Assembly (NCBI GenBank): GCA_951406725.2
Contig: OX597821.1
Location: 5,704,001 to 5,768,000, forward strand
DNA length: 64,000 bases
Direction: 5' to 3'
Source: Octopus vulgaris
Taxonomy: Eukaryota
In this document: positions 28,694 through 40,667 of the stretch, piece after piece
How the letters are laid out: each line of letters starts with the position of its first letter
Numbering within the stretch: the stretch's first letter is position 1
The notes under the pieces: generated by a model
The model's database searches: none
Told to the model about the DNA's origin: nothing
What the model saw: the letters and a program-made list of their open reading frames with translations, nothing else
Made by a program: the position numbers and the translations under genes

Positions 28694-28740
28694 ATCATGT
28701 ATAGCACTTTTTCATTCATTTATAAAATCGTCAGCATGAT
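28694..28740 (-). ncRNA. Minimal type-I hammerhead motif (slightly decayed)
   Basis: AUCAUG-CUGACGA-UUUU(AUAAAU)GAAU-GAAA-AAGUGCUA-UA-CAUGAU; perfect 6-bp stem I, weak stems II and III. Confidence 0.55.
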
Positions 28741-28859
28741 ATAACTTGCGATTTTTTAATTAAATATTTTGTAAAAAGTGAGACATTTCATTACTGATGG
28801 AATATAATTACATTCTGGGAAAGATTCCTGAAATGCGTAGGATTTTTTCGTGAGAGAAT

Positions 28860-29540
28860 GTTAGTAGTTTAGCAATCGCGAGAGAGAAAAAAATTACATC
28901 CTGTTACACTTGGAGAAAATCAAAATATCAAAGGAACAAAACGGATTCTTGCGAGAGTAGTGAATGAATAACCGATCGATCATAGAAGCGATTAAAAAAA
29001 CTGAAGCAAACAACAGCAGGGATTCAATTGACTCCCAAAAGATATTTTAAAGCATTCCACACTCATAGATACTAGCAATGATTTATATAAACAAATCCCC
29101 TCGAATAGTAATGACATGCATCTACCATGCCATGACAAAAATGAAAAACTACTATATCATTACAAAACAAAAAGGGGACAATTCAAACAAACTATGTCCC
29201 CATAAGAAGAGGTATCTTCTAAGAGAACTAATTGTTGTCGCTATCTTTTTGCCTAGCACAGACTCCCATTAGCAAAAGTGTTGAACGAAACTCTTAAGAG
29301 TATAGATGCAATGAACAAACTATGACCTATATTCTCCAGAAGTCTTGAATATATTTACAAGGGAACGAAAATATCGAGCTGGAAAGCCTGTTAAAATCGC
29401 TCAAAAATTCCAGCCAAGAGATAAGAATAAGTAAACTTAATCAAATGTGCCAAAGCTATAATAAAAAGCAAATTCACTAGAATTGGGATTATTGAAATAG
29501 ACATAGACACTGAAATCAGACAATTAAAAAAGACCCCCCT
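28860..29540 (+). pseudogene. Highly decayed R4/Dong-like RT remnant
   Basis: Scattered similarity to the RT region (KGD.., FQPRDK/SQEI.., KCAKA.I); many stops. Confidence 0.35.
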
Positions 29541-29569
29541 CCACTACATTAATAATGCACACCTGCCAT

Positions 29570-29808
<239 letters not shown>

Positions 29809-29869
29809 CTAACAGTACCGAACAGTAAATTCTATTTGCCAACACAATGTGGCAGTCCTACACAAGACA

Positions 29870-29944
<75 letters not shown>

Positions 29945-30086
29945 GTACTGTTCAGTGATAGAAAATTCAACGAAACACTTTTCCATCTGGTGAGACATAA
30001 ATATTATTTATTTAAAGGTCACAGTACATTATTAAAGCACTACTAATAGTTTCATACACATAATCACACACACACACACACACACA

Positions 30087-30164
<78 letters not shown>

Positions 30165-30167
<3 letters not shown>

Positions 30168-30545
30168 GCGTTGCTGTTTGGTAAGAAGCTTGCATTCCCA
30201 ACCACACTGTTCAGGGTTCAGTCCCACTACGTTGAACTTGGGGAAATTGTCTTCTGCCATAACCTCGAGTCGATCAAATTTTATAAGTGTCTTTCATAAA
30301 CAGAAACTGAAAGAAGCCCGTCGTATATATGTATGAGTGTGTGTGATATATATATGTGTGTGTGTGTGATATATATATGTGTGTGTGTGTGTGTATGTGT
30401 GTGTAATATATGTGCGTGTGTGTATCTTTGTATCTTTGTTTGTCCCATGCCACCGCTTGACAACCGGTACTCGTGTGTTTACGTACCTGAAACTTAGCAG
30501 TTCGGCAAGAGAAGCCGTTATGTTAAGTACCAGGCTATAAAAAAT
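30165..30545 (+). mobile_element. SINE family C, diverged
   Basis: TGGTAAGAAGCTTGC..GGGTTCAGTCCCACT..GAAACTGAAAGAAGCCCGTCG, internal TG/TA SSR, CGCTTGACAACCG. Confidence 0.78.
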
Positions 30546-31045
30546 GAATACTTCGAGTTTTCAGAAAAGACGAAGATAGGTGAAGAAACAACAAGCAGGT
30601 GTATTAGTTTGACGCTCGGGAAGAATGGAAAAGATCCTTAGCTCTTCAACAGAAAGGGTTGAGAGGAAAAAAAAGGGGAGAGAACAAAGAGAAAACGGAG
30701 AGAGATAAAATATTGTAGGGGTTAATGATTCAATGTGATAAAATGGCCAGAAGAAAGAGGTTGAGTGAAACGGAGAAAAGTAACGGTGACCCGGCCGAAC
30801 TAGGGTGCGCAAGCGTATGTGTGTAATGAGAGATTGACAAGGACATCTGATTTCATGTAATTCAATCTAAAATTTAGCTACGTAACGAATGGTAGAAATA
30901 GTACAAAATCGTAGATATCCCGATCAGGAAGGCCTTTTGTTTTAAATATATATCATTTCTAACCAAGAACGGTACTAAGTCCTCACTAAAAAACTAGTGT
31001 CTTTTCGGATTCTAGATTTTTTTAGCTTCATATTGTGCATATTCA

Positions 31046-31430
31046 GTGGTAAGAAGCTTGCTTCCCGACCACATGGGTCCCGGTTCAGTCCCACTGCATG
31101 GAACTTTGGGCAAGCGTCTCCTACTATAGCCTCAGGCTGACCAAAGCCTTGTGAGTGGATTTGGTAAACCGAAACTGAAAGAAGCCTGTCGTATATCGTA
31201 TGTATGAATGTATTTGTTATTTATGTCTGTTTTTTGTACCCGCACCATCGCTTGACAACCGATGTTGCTGTGTTTATGTCCCCGTGACATAGCGGTTCAG
31301 CAAAAAAGCGACCTATATAATAAGTACTAGGCTAACAAAGAATAAGTCCTAGGGTCGATTTGATCGACTAAACGCGGTGCTCCAGCATGGCCGCAGTTAA
31401 GTAATTGAAACAAATAAAGGAATAAAAAGA
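31046..31430 (+). mobile_element. SINE family C, near full length
   Basis: All family C modules present. Confidence 0.85.
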
Positions 31431-31585
31431 TACATGTTTATTACACAATTACGAGTACGCAAACATACACAAACGTATACACACACAGACACATACATGC
31501 ATGCACACACACTAATACGCACGCTATATGTGTGTACTATAATATGTGTGTGTATGTATCCATGTGTGCATGGATATGACATGTG

Positions 31586-31830
31586 AAAGGTAGGAGAGTC
31601 CAGTTTGCTGGACATTGTTGTAGAGCTGAAAAAGAGGTAATTTCTACTCTTCTCCTCTGGAAGCCATCTACTCGCAATACCAGAGGGAGCACACTCTCCT
31701 ACCCTGATGTAATCTCCAGGGATACAGGCATCCAGCAACAGGACCTCCGTAATGCCATGATGGACCCTGAAGTCTGGCGTAGCATGGTAAGTTCCATTGT
31801 CTCGATCACGGTCGAACAATGATGATGATG
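31586..31830 (+). mobile_element. 5'-truncated RTE-like LINE 3' end with (GAT)n tail and 10-bp TSD
   Basis: [11 protein letters not shown]...LLWKP...[10 protein letters not shown]-terminus; ATGACATGTG at 31576-31585 and 31831-31840. Confidence 0.8.
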
Positions 31831-31992
31831 ATGACATGTGTGCGTGAATGTATATATACATATGTATATAATACATACGTATATATAATGCATATATACA
31901 ATATCTATACCTATGTATAGATATTATGTACACATACATAGATATACGTACGTATGTATATATGTATGTATCAATGATTATATGTATGTATG

Positions 31993-32060
<68 letters not shown>

Positions 32061-32144
32061 ATATATATAGTAGCTCGGAATTCGAATCAAACACTTTTGG
32101 ATTATATCTATATATATACACACGCACATATATATATATATCTA

Positions 32145-32180
<36 letters not shown>

Positions 32181-33029
32181 TGTATGTATGTATGTATGTA
32201 TGCATGTATGTATGCATGTATGTATATATGTATGTATGTATATCGACATTATATGGAAACAAATACAAATCACAATTTACGAAAGTAATACAAATATTAT
32301 AATTCACTTACATGTATAGATACATTGATGTACATACTCTACACACACACGCACACATACACACACACAAGCACACACACACAGATAGCAGTTTTCGTGA
32401 TACATGGGAATGAGCGATGTGGCGACGACGACGTCGTTGTCGTCTGCTTGCCTCCATTTGCTGACCAATTTTTGCGTCCGACGTTTTCGAATTGGAAAGC
32501 TAAAGGCGAAAGTTTGTATGGAATGGAATTATTTTTCCATTGATGACTTTCATTGAATGAGATTTTATGCCAATCATTAATTATAGTAGAAAAGGAAATT
32601 AGTTACAACCCATCAATTATCTATCAATGATATTCGTTCAAGAAGCAACCATATGTGCCGTCTGCTCTGATTCTGGCTGTGATTGTGGTTATATTTGTTG
32701 CTATTACTGTTGTTGTTATTGTTGGAGCTGTGGTCGGTTGTTCTGATTGTGGTTATAGCTGGTTTGTAGCTGTGGCTTTTCTATGGTGTAATTATTATGC
32801 CATGGACAATTGGAAATCTGCTGGAAACGGTGCGTTTTATTATAACTGCTTTTCAAAATCTAACTACAATGTTCCGTCAATACGAAGAACGTAAAGTACA
32901 ATATATACATATATGCATATATGTATGTAAGCGCTTGTATACACACAACGTGTGTATGTTTGTGTGTGCGTATACACATACATATGCATATATATAAATA
33001 TACGTATATATGTAAATATATATGTAACT

Positions 33030-33091
<62 letters not shown>

Positions 33092-33440
33092 TGGCGCTCT
33101 GTGTATGCATGTGTAGTTATTCAAAGAGATAAAGACGTAGAGCGAAAGACACAGAAAGAGACAGTGACAGCAGAGGGGTTGGTGTAGGGAGAGATGTGTA
33201 GATTAAGAGACGGATGCGGAAGAGCAGGATGAAGGGCGTGGCAGTAGAGAATGGGGCGCAGAGGGGAGTTTAGTGATAGTCAAGAGCGGCAGCCGGTTCT
33301 TTTAGTATCATATGTGCATGTCAGTATCTGTGTTAGATGATTCAAGATGTTTATGTACATGCATGAGATTATATATGTGTCTATAAATATAGATAGACAG
33401 ACAGACAGACAGGTTGATAGACAGATACATCCATGTATGC

Positions 33441-33472
<32 letters not shown>

Positions 33473-33714
33473 GCATATATTTATATATATATAGTTATTT
33501 ATATATATATTTCCATGTATAAATATATATAAATATATAGTTATATATATATTCATATATACATGCAGACATACATAACTACATATATATGTGCATGCAT
33601 TCATATATACACATACATGCATGAACACATACATACCGACATACTTATATTCATACATGCTGACATATTTACATTCATACATACATAGTTTCATGCATAC
33701 ATGCATATATACAT

Positions 33715-33757
<43 letters not shown>

Positions 33758-34732
33758 CAATACACGTATACAAGCTTACGTACATGCATACATTCATAGA
33801 TAAATGTATATATGTATATATATATATGTATGTATAATACACATATCACTGCACAAATAGATACGTGTACACATACATATATATATATATATATATACAA
33901 TATAATACTATGTAATAATATACATTTCATATATACACGCATGCTACATTCATTCAATGCGTACATACATGCATGTATATAGAGATATACAATTCAGTAA
34001 AATAAAGCAATACATTACATAGAAAATAGGCTTTTGATTGCTTCTTTATATCAGTAAGAATAGGGAAGTTGTCTTCTAGTCCTGAATTCGGTGAAACTAG
34101 CAACAATGGAATATATTCCATCAACAGCAATGGCTACACTGTGTCTGTGTGTCCTGGGTTATTATCATTATTACAAAATTTAAAGAGCTGGTCGGAAATC
34201 ACACAGTTAATTATATATGAGAGTTTATCATTGATGAGACACTGAGATAATTGCTCAAGGTTCTCAACAGTAATAAATTGAAATAATAGTGTTCGTTTAA
34301 ACGCTTCGACGTCTATTATACTGGCATGGAAGGAAACCACTTTACATAGGAACAACAATGGACTGGATCTGTCTGACTGGCGGTGATAATGATGATGATG
34401 ATTAGGTGAAGGAGGAAGAGGAGGAGGAGAGTGCTCCGTTGGCCACGTCTCAGCCCAGTTGTGGCATGGAGTGGCATGGCACGGCACACGCACGCACGCA
34501 CACGCATACATAAACACATACTCGCGAACGTACATTACACACAAGGTTGGGAATGTTGCTTTCAGGTTGTTATAGAAACTACAGGGAACGTAGATGATGC
34601 GGATGGTGATGATGATGACGATGATGATGTTCCGTTGGCCACGTCCCAACGCAGTTACGACATGGCATGGCACACGCATACACACACACACACAGAGGCA
34701 CACATACATACACACACACGCATGCACGCACG

Positions 34733-34775
<43 letters not shown>

Positions 34776-34916
34776 GAGTCTGGAAATGTTCCTTTCAAGT
34801 CGCTAAGTCGCTATAAAAACGATAGGGAACGTATATGATGAGGATGAAGAAGAAGAAGATGCTGATGATAATGATGATGATGATGATTCCGACGACGACG
34901 ACGATGACGATGATGG

Positions 34917-34955
<39 letters not shown>

Positions 34956-35238
34956 GGAGGAGGAGGAGGAGGAGGAGGAGGATAATGATGACGACGACGA
35001 CTATCGTATTGATGATGAGGATGATGGTGATGATGACGATGAGAAAGATGCGGTATCTGAAGGAATATTGAAGTGGTGATGATGATGCTGCTTTTAATGG
35101 AGATGGTATTAATAACAATAGTTGCAGCGCTTTTGGTGGTCATTTTTGGCGGCGTTGTAGTGAGGGTGATAGTGTAGAAATGATAGAAGTAATACACTGT
35201 AATACGCTGTCCTACAGTATCACAAGATCATTCAATGA

Positions 35239-35459
35239 ATGATGGGGAGCTGAAAAGTACCTGGCTTTTGGGTTAAAGAAAATATAGGGGCACCAGTTAA
35301 TTGTGATTTTACTGAACATATTCCCCTCTCAGGTTCACACACTTATTGTAGCGGTTCATCAGTTTTTCTAAGCCCGGGAAAGAAACTCGGAAGGTTGGGC
35401 CTCAAGCCAGGCTTTTCGGGATATCCTTAAAGACAGGCCGTTTTCAGTAGCCCCTCGTG
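35239..35459. mobile_element. mariner-derived MITE
   Basis: Degenerate TIRs GATGGGGAGCTGAAAAGTACCTGGCTTT / AAAGACAGGCCGTTTTCAGTAGCCCCTCGT. Confidence 0.55.
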
Positions 35460-35583
35460 ATAATGTAGGCTTTACTTACAATATAATATGGTGAAACAGT
35501 ATATACAGAGAGAGAGAGAGAGAGATATACACATACATACGTGTGTATGTGTGCGTATGTATGTATGCATGTGTGTGTGCATA

Positions 35584-35630
<47 letters not shown>

Positions 35631-35660
35631 TCAAAATAAAAACATGATGCCAAGGATTCA

Positions 35661-35738
35661 GCGGTACATATGTTTCGGGCCTTTATTAGACGGATTTATA
35701 ACAATGCATAATGTGTGTCTATGGCCTTCTTCAGCCGC
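35661..35738 (-). ncRNA. Type-I hammerhead motif, left arm of the palindrome
   Basis: Mirror image of 36012-36089. Confidence 0.7.
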
Positions 35739-36011
35739 GCACAACTACTACCTCAAGGACCTCTATTACATCAAAAATTCTACGTTGGGGATGCAAATCC
35801 TCTCATTCGCGTACGACATAATGCGGCAACAGCACAAAAATGAAGCGTCCATCTCGTCCTTCTCTCAATGTAGAATCTACATTGAGAGAAGGACGAGATG
35901 GACGCTTCATTTTTGTGCTGTTGCCGCATTATGTCGTACGCGAATGAGAGGATTTGCATCCCCAACGTAGAATTTTTGATGTAATAGAGGTCCTTGAGGT
36001 AGTAGTTGTGC

Positions 36012-36089
36012 GCGGCTGAAGAAGGCCATAGACATACATTATGCATTGTTATAAATCCGTCTAATAAAGGCCCGAAACATATGTACCGC
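36012..36089 (+). ncRNA. Type-I hammerhead motif, right arm of the palindrome
   Basis: GCGG-CTGAAGA-A-GGCC..TAGAC...GTCTA..GGCC-C-GAAA-CATATG-TA-CCGC; palindromic stem III ACATATGT; GUA site after 36085. Confidence 0.72.
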
Positions 36090-36196
36090 TGAATCCTTGG
36101 CATCATGTTTTTATTTTGATTAATTTACTCCACCACCTACACCACCAAACGGTATATACAGGTGCTTACAATTATCAAGTACTCACCCTGAATTTC

Positions 36197-36250
<54 letters not shown>

Positions 36251-36495
36251 TGTATGTTTGTATATACATATCGATTTTTAATCACATTTGTTGCAACTCT
36301 AGTTGCTAACCATGAGCCATACAGAAACCAGCTGATCGAAATTCCTCGTAACTTTGATAAGGGTAAAAGTTTGTAACTTTTGATGCCAATAAATGGTTAG
36401 TGTTCCTCACCGCAAACTGTCCACTTTGTTTTCTATACCTGCCACGGACTACTTGAAGCTTCCAAGCCTCCTACAGTTAAATCCATGGATCTTAC

Positions 36496-36540
<45 letters not shown>

Positions 36541-36544
<4 letters not shown>

Positions 36545-36898
36545 GAGGCGTGCTACTTGTAGCACCAGCATGCTAAAAATAGCAGTCAAAACGATTCAAA
36601 ACTTTCACTTGTGCACAAGGGCGAAATTGGGGGAACGGACAGTAAAATTCTAAGACCCAGTACCATAGACAAAAAGAATCGAATTTTCTCGTCAGTATGT
36701 ATTACTGACCCAGGGCCAAAACCATGCTCGCTTCGTCCATGTGTTCGATAATCATTTTTAATGGCACGGCAAATTTAAAAAAAGATGACCGAAGTGAATA
36801 AACATTTTAAATATATAAGAATATTATTGTTAATAATTTACAATATCCGTGGCTAGTATGTGTGACAGAACCGTAAAAGGAAAACCATTAATTAATAA
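36541..36898 (-). mobile_element. Non-coding HHR-bearing repeat unit, copy 1 (HHR internally deleted)
   Basis: 36541-36720 is inverted-homologous to 38385-38625, and 36811-36898 to 38625-38710; only CTGACGA remains of the ribozyme. Confidence 0.7.
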
Positions 36899-38384
36899 CA
36901 CTGGTGTGCATGATTTAATTCATTGGCTGTATGGTATCTTTTGCTGAATATATATGAAAAATAATGAGTCATTGTGTTTTTTATCCATCTCTATCACATC
37001 AGGTTGTCAAGTTATACGGAGACGTTAATTTTCTCTTTTCGTATAACAAGTAAATGATAAATTAAAACGCTTACCTTATACTCTTTACTCTTTTACTTGT
37101 TTCAGTCATTTGACTGCGGCCATGCTGGAGCACCGCCTTCAGTCGAGCAAATCGACCCCGGGACTTATTCTTTGTAAGCCCAGTACTTATTCTATCGGTC
37201 TCTTTTGCCGAACCGCTAAGTGACGGCGACGTAAACACACCAGCATCGGTTGTCAAGCAATGTTAGGGGACAAACACAGACACACAAACACACACACACA
37301 CATACATATATATATCTATACATATATACGACAGGCTTCTTTCAGTTTCCGTCTACCAAATCCACTCACAAGGCATTGGTCGGCCCGGGGCTATAGTAGA
37401 AGACACTTGCCCAAGATGCCACGCAGTGGGACTGAACCCGGAACCATGTGGTTGGTTAGCAAGCTACTTACCACACGGCCACTCCTGCGCCTATATTGAC
37501 TTAAACGTTAAATCTAATATATTTTTCTTTATTTTCGGTCTGTGAATATGTCTAGAGGCTGCATCAATTCACCAGATATTTCTTGCTATGTCTGCGGGCA
37601 ATTCACCCCTTCAGACTCCCGGAGCAATATTACTCCTTTGCTGAAGCGCAGCTATTTAGCTTATTTTGGCTGCAAACTGGGAGACCAGGACAAGCCATTT
37701 GCACCTCACAAAGCTTGCAAGAGTTGCATCAGTAAGCTTTCAAATGTGGTCAGTCGGAAAACTTGAATGTATGCCCATTGGAGTACCAATGGTGTGGCGG
37801 GAGCAGATGAACCACTATGATGACTGCTACTTTTGTATAACTAAAGTAACCGGATTCAACAAAAATACTAAAGTTCGCATGATATACCCAAATATTCCTT
37901 CAGCAATAAGGCATGTTCCACACTCAGATGATATTCCTGATATTCCTATACCTGTGTCACCTGAGACATGGGAAATTTCATCAGAGTCTGATACTTGTGA
38001 TACTAATGAGATGGAAGTGGTCTATGATCCACCAACAAATGGCGATCCTAAATTCTTCAACCAAGTTGAGCTCAATGACTTGGTTAGAGACCTTAACCTT
38101 CCAAAAGAACGTGCAGTTACTTGGCTGTAGACTGCAGAAACACACTTATAGCTCCTGGAACAACATTCGCTTGGTACCGTCATTGTGAAGTGGGATTCAC
38201 TCAGTTCTTTAAGAAAGAGTATTCTTTAGTTTTCTGTTCAAAATTTTCTGGACTTATTGAACATATGGGGATGTCGTACAAAATAGATGAATGGGATAGT
38301 AGGGCAGACGGCCAGCACTATGAACAAAAAGCTGGTCACCAAGAACCAGGTTCTTACCCGGAAATCACAACGTGAAAGCTACTA
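36899..38384 (+). mobile_element. Chapaev3-like (CMC) DNA transposon, 5' part, frameshifted and internally deleted transposase
   Basis: Starts TAA|CACTGG. ORFs 37542-38375: CINSPDISCYVCG, YLAYFGCKLGDQDKPFAPHKACKSC, PMVWREQMNHYDDCYFC, ELNDLVRDLNLPKE, WDSRA..QHY. Superfamily assignment is from recalled motifs. Confidence 0.65.
37080..37492 (-). mobile_element. SINE family C, full length, nested in the Chapaev3-like element
   Basis: tRNA-like head GGCGCAGGAGTGGCCGTGTGGTAAG..GGGTTCAGTCCC, CORE-like CTTGGGCAAGTGTCTT, internal SSR, (TAAAAGAG) tail. Confidence 0.9.
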
Positions 38385-38710
38385 GTTGGCCCTGGTCAGT
38401 ATTACTCACTGATGAGAACTAAGTGATCGTTCTCAAAGTTCGAAATCACTGTGATATGGGTATGTCTGATTTTCATTTTCGATTCTTTTCGTCTATGCTA
38501 CGGGAGTCTTAAAATTTTACTGCTCGTTCCCTCGATTTCGTCCCTGTGCATAACTGAAAACTGTGGGTGAGTCGTTTTGACTGGTATTTTTATGATGCTG
38601 GGGCTACAAGTAGCACGCTTCATTATTAATTGATAATTTTACTATTATGGTTCTTTTACACATGCTGGCCACTAATATTATTGTAAATTATTAACAATAT
38701 CCTTATATAC
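38385..38710 (+). mobile_element. Non-coding HHR-bearing repeat unit, copy 2
   Basis: Homologous to 36541-36898 in circularly permuted order. Confidence 0.7.
38403..38462 (+). ncRNA. Complete type-I hammerhead ribozyme motif
   Basis: TACTCA-CTGATGA-GAACT(16 nt)AGTTC-GAAA-TCAC-T-GTGA-TA-TGGGTA; stems I (6 bp), II (5 bp) and III all pair; AUA site after 38456. Confidence 0.85.
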
Positions 38711-38739
38711 ATATATATATGTATATATATACATACATA

Positions 38740-38777
<38 letters not shown>

Positions 38778-38797
38778 CATACATATATGTATGTTTG

Positions 38798-38825
<28 letters not shown>

Positions 38826-38828
<3 letters not shown>

Positions 38829-39043
38829 CAATTTAAATACACAACCGAATAGCTACTAGTAGTTTCAGGCTATTATGATATTTGAACAGGCATATTTATA
38901 AAATACCGCGTGTATCTTAAAGCAATCATTCAGGCTCTGTTTATGCATGGCTCTTTCAGTTGTGTATTTAAATATTCCTGTTTAAGTATCATAATAGCAT
39001 GAAACTATTAGTAGCTTTTTCGGTTGTGTATTTAAATTGATAT
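38826..39043. repeat. Inverted repeat with ~70-bp arms
   Basis: ATATCAATTTAAATACACAACCGAA..GCTATTATGATA..ACAGG mirrored at ~38970-39043. Confidence 0.8.
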
Positions 39044-39641
39044 TTACCTCTCACTGGATAGAGCATTTTTTTCTGTTTATTCTACATCTATTGGATCTTT
39101 AAGCTATATATATGCAGGGAATGGCATCGACCATTTTTGAGATCTGCTTGCTCGCGCTTGAGATCATTGTGCGCCTATATTCCTGAAACTGCAATCCATA
39201 TTGGTCCCAAATATCTTACTCTGGCTCGTCTCTAGGATGGAGAGACTCCGTGAGGTGTTGTTGCGCAACCCTTATTGGACATACATTTTTACGTTGTGCA
39301 ATTGCTTCCAAAGCAACTTCTGGTGCTCGGTCAAGTACGGAAGCCGCGAACGCGAACCTGGGCGAAACCGACTGCTGGTGCAGTAATATCACGCAGTCGC
39401 ATTTCATTTTTCGATATCCTCAAGAATATTTGTCTGTATGCATTGTCACGTTACTTCTATTCTTCCGGAGTGTATATAATGCCTAGCGTGAAACACAGAG
39501 TCACGATTTCAGGCGTTTCAGCTTCTGATGAAATATAAATACTGTGGTTATTTCTTCTTTAACTATTGATTAACCTCCCTTCCCTTTTAAACAGAAATAT
39601 TCATCGATACACATAGTCACACACTCACACACAAACACTCA

Positions 39642-39683
<42 letters not shown>

Positions 39684-39963
39684 CTCTCTCTCTCTCTCTC
39701 TCTCTCACTCACACACACACATATGAGTATACATAGAAATATATGTATATATTCACACAAATACACACACACATATATGTCAGTTACTGTTTGTACTTAT
39801 GTAACTGATAATATATATATATATATGCATATATATGTGTGTGTGAATATATATATTTATTAAACTAATATATTTGTGTGTTATGTGCGTATGTACGTAT
39901 GTGTCGTTTGTATATATGTCTATAAATATGTATCCATATACACAAACATATTTACATACACCG

Positions 39964-40010
<47 letters not shown>

Positions 40011-40140
40011 TTTATTTCATGAGTTAATTTCATTATCTCGCACAAATAAATATTTATGTCTGTCTACTTTCACTATCTCTTTTCCATTACACGCCCTTTC
40101 TCCACCACTTTCTCTCTTTGTCTCTATCTCTATCTCCCTG

Positions 40141-40178
<38 letters not shown>

Positions 40179-40667
40179 ACCCTCTATCAACCTTTGATTT
40201 AGGGTTCACACTGCATCTCTAAAAGTGGAACATAGGTCAGAATGCTTGCAAAGTTACTCTGTTCATTTCCTTTGACGCCGTTCATACATACTTTATAACA
40301 AAATACACATAAATAAATACGTGCGCCCAGTGTCAAACTTACACACACACACACACACATACACACTCACACGCACACCCATTCACACATATACGTGTGT
40401 GTATATGTGTATGTCTGTGTAGGTGTACGTGTGTGTATGAGGCGGCCATATTTCTTTTGGTTTATGATTATTCTTTCGATCAGAACTCTCCCTCCTTAAA
40501 GTTACTATATATTACCGTAGATGTTTATATTATTATATATATATATTATATTTTCTTTTATATTTGTATACGTGCGTGTGCGTGTGTGTGCGCGTGTATG
40601 AGAAAATAAGAAATACATACGTAAATGCATGTGTCTATGTGTGTGTGTATATATATATATATATATA

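Larger units (their letters stand above)
35625..36125. repeat. 501-bp near-perfect palindrome (250-bp arms, 1-nt centre at 35875)
   Basis: Arms are reverse complements, with one mismatch noticed (35715 G / 36035 T); mirrored ORFs on both strands. Confidence 0.97.

Noticed and set aside
35488-36106. Two nearly identical ORFs on opposite strands
   Set aside because: A geometric consequence of the palindrome; no recognisable protein motif
36541-38625. Inverted homology read as TIRs of the enclosed transposase
   Set aside because: Homology continues in permuted order (block B lies inside on the left and outside on the right), and the transposon has its own TAA|CAC start at 36899
39480-39560. 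CTGATGA at ~39525 and GAAACACAGAGTC nearby
   Set aside because: Order and pairing do not close a hammerhead
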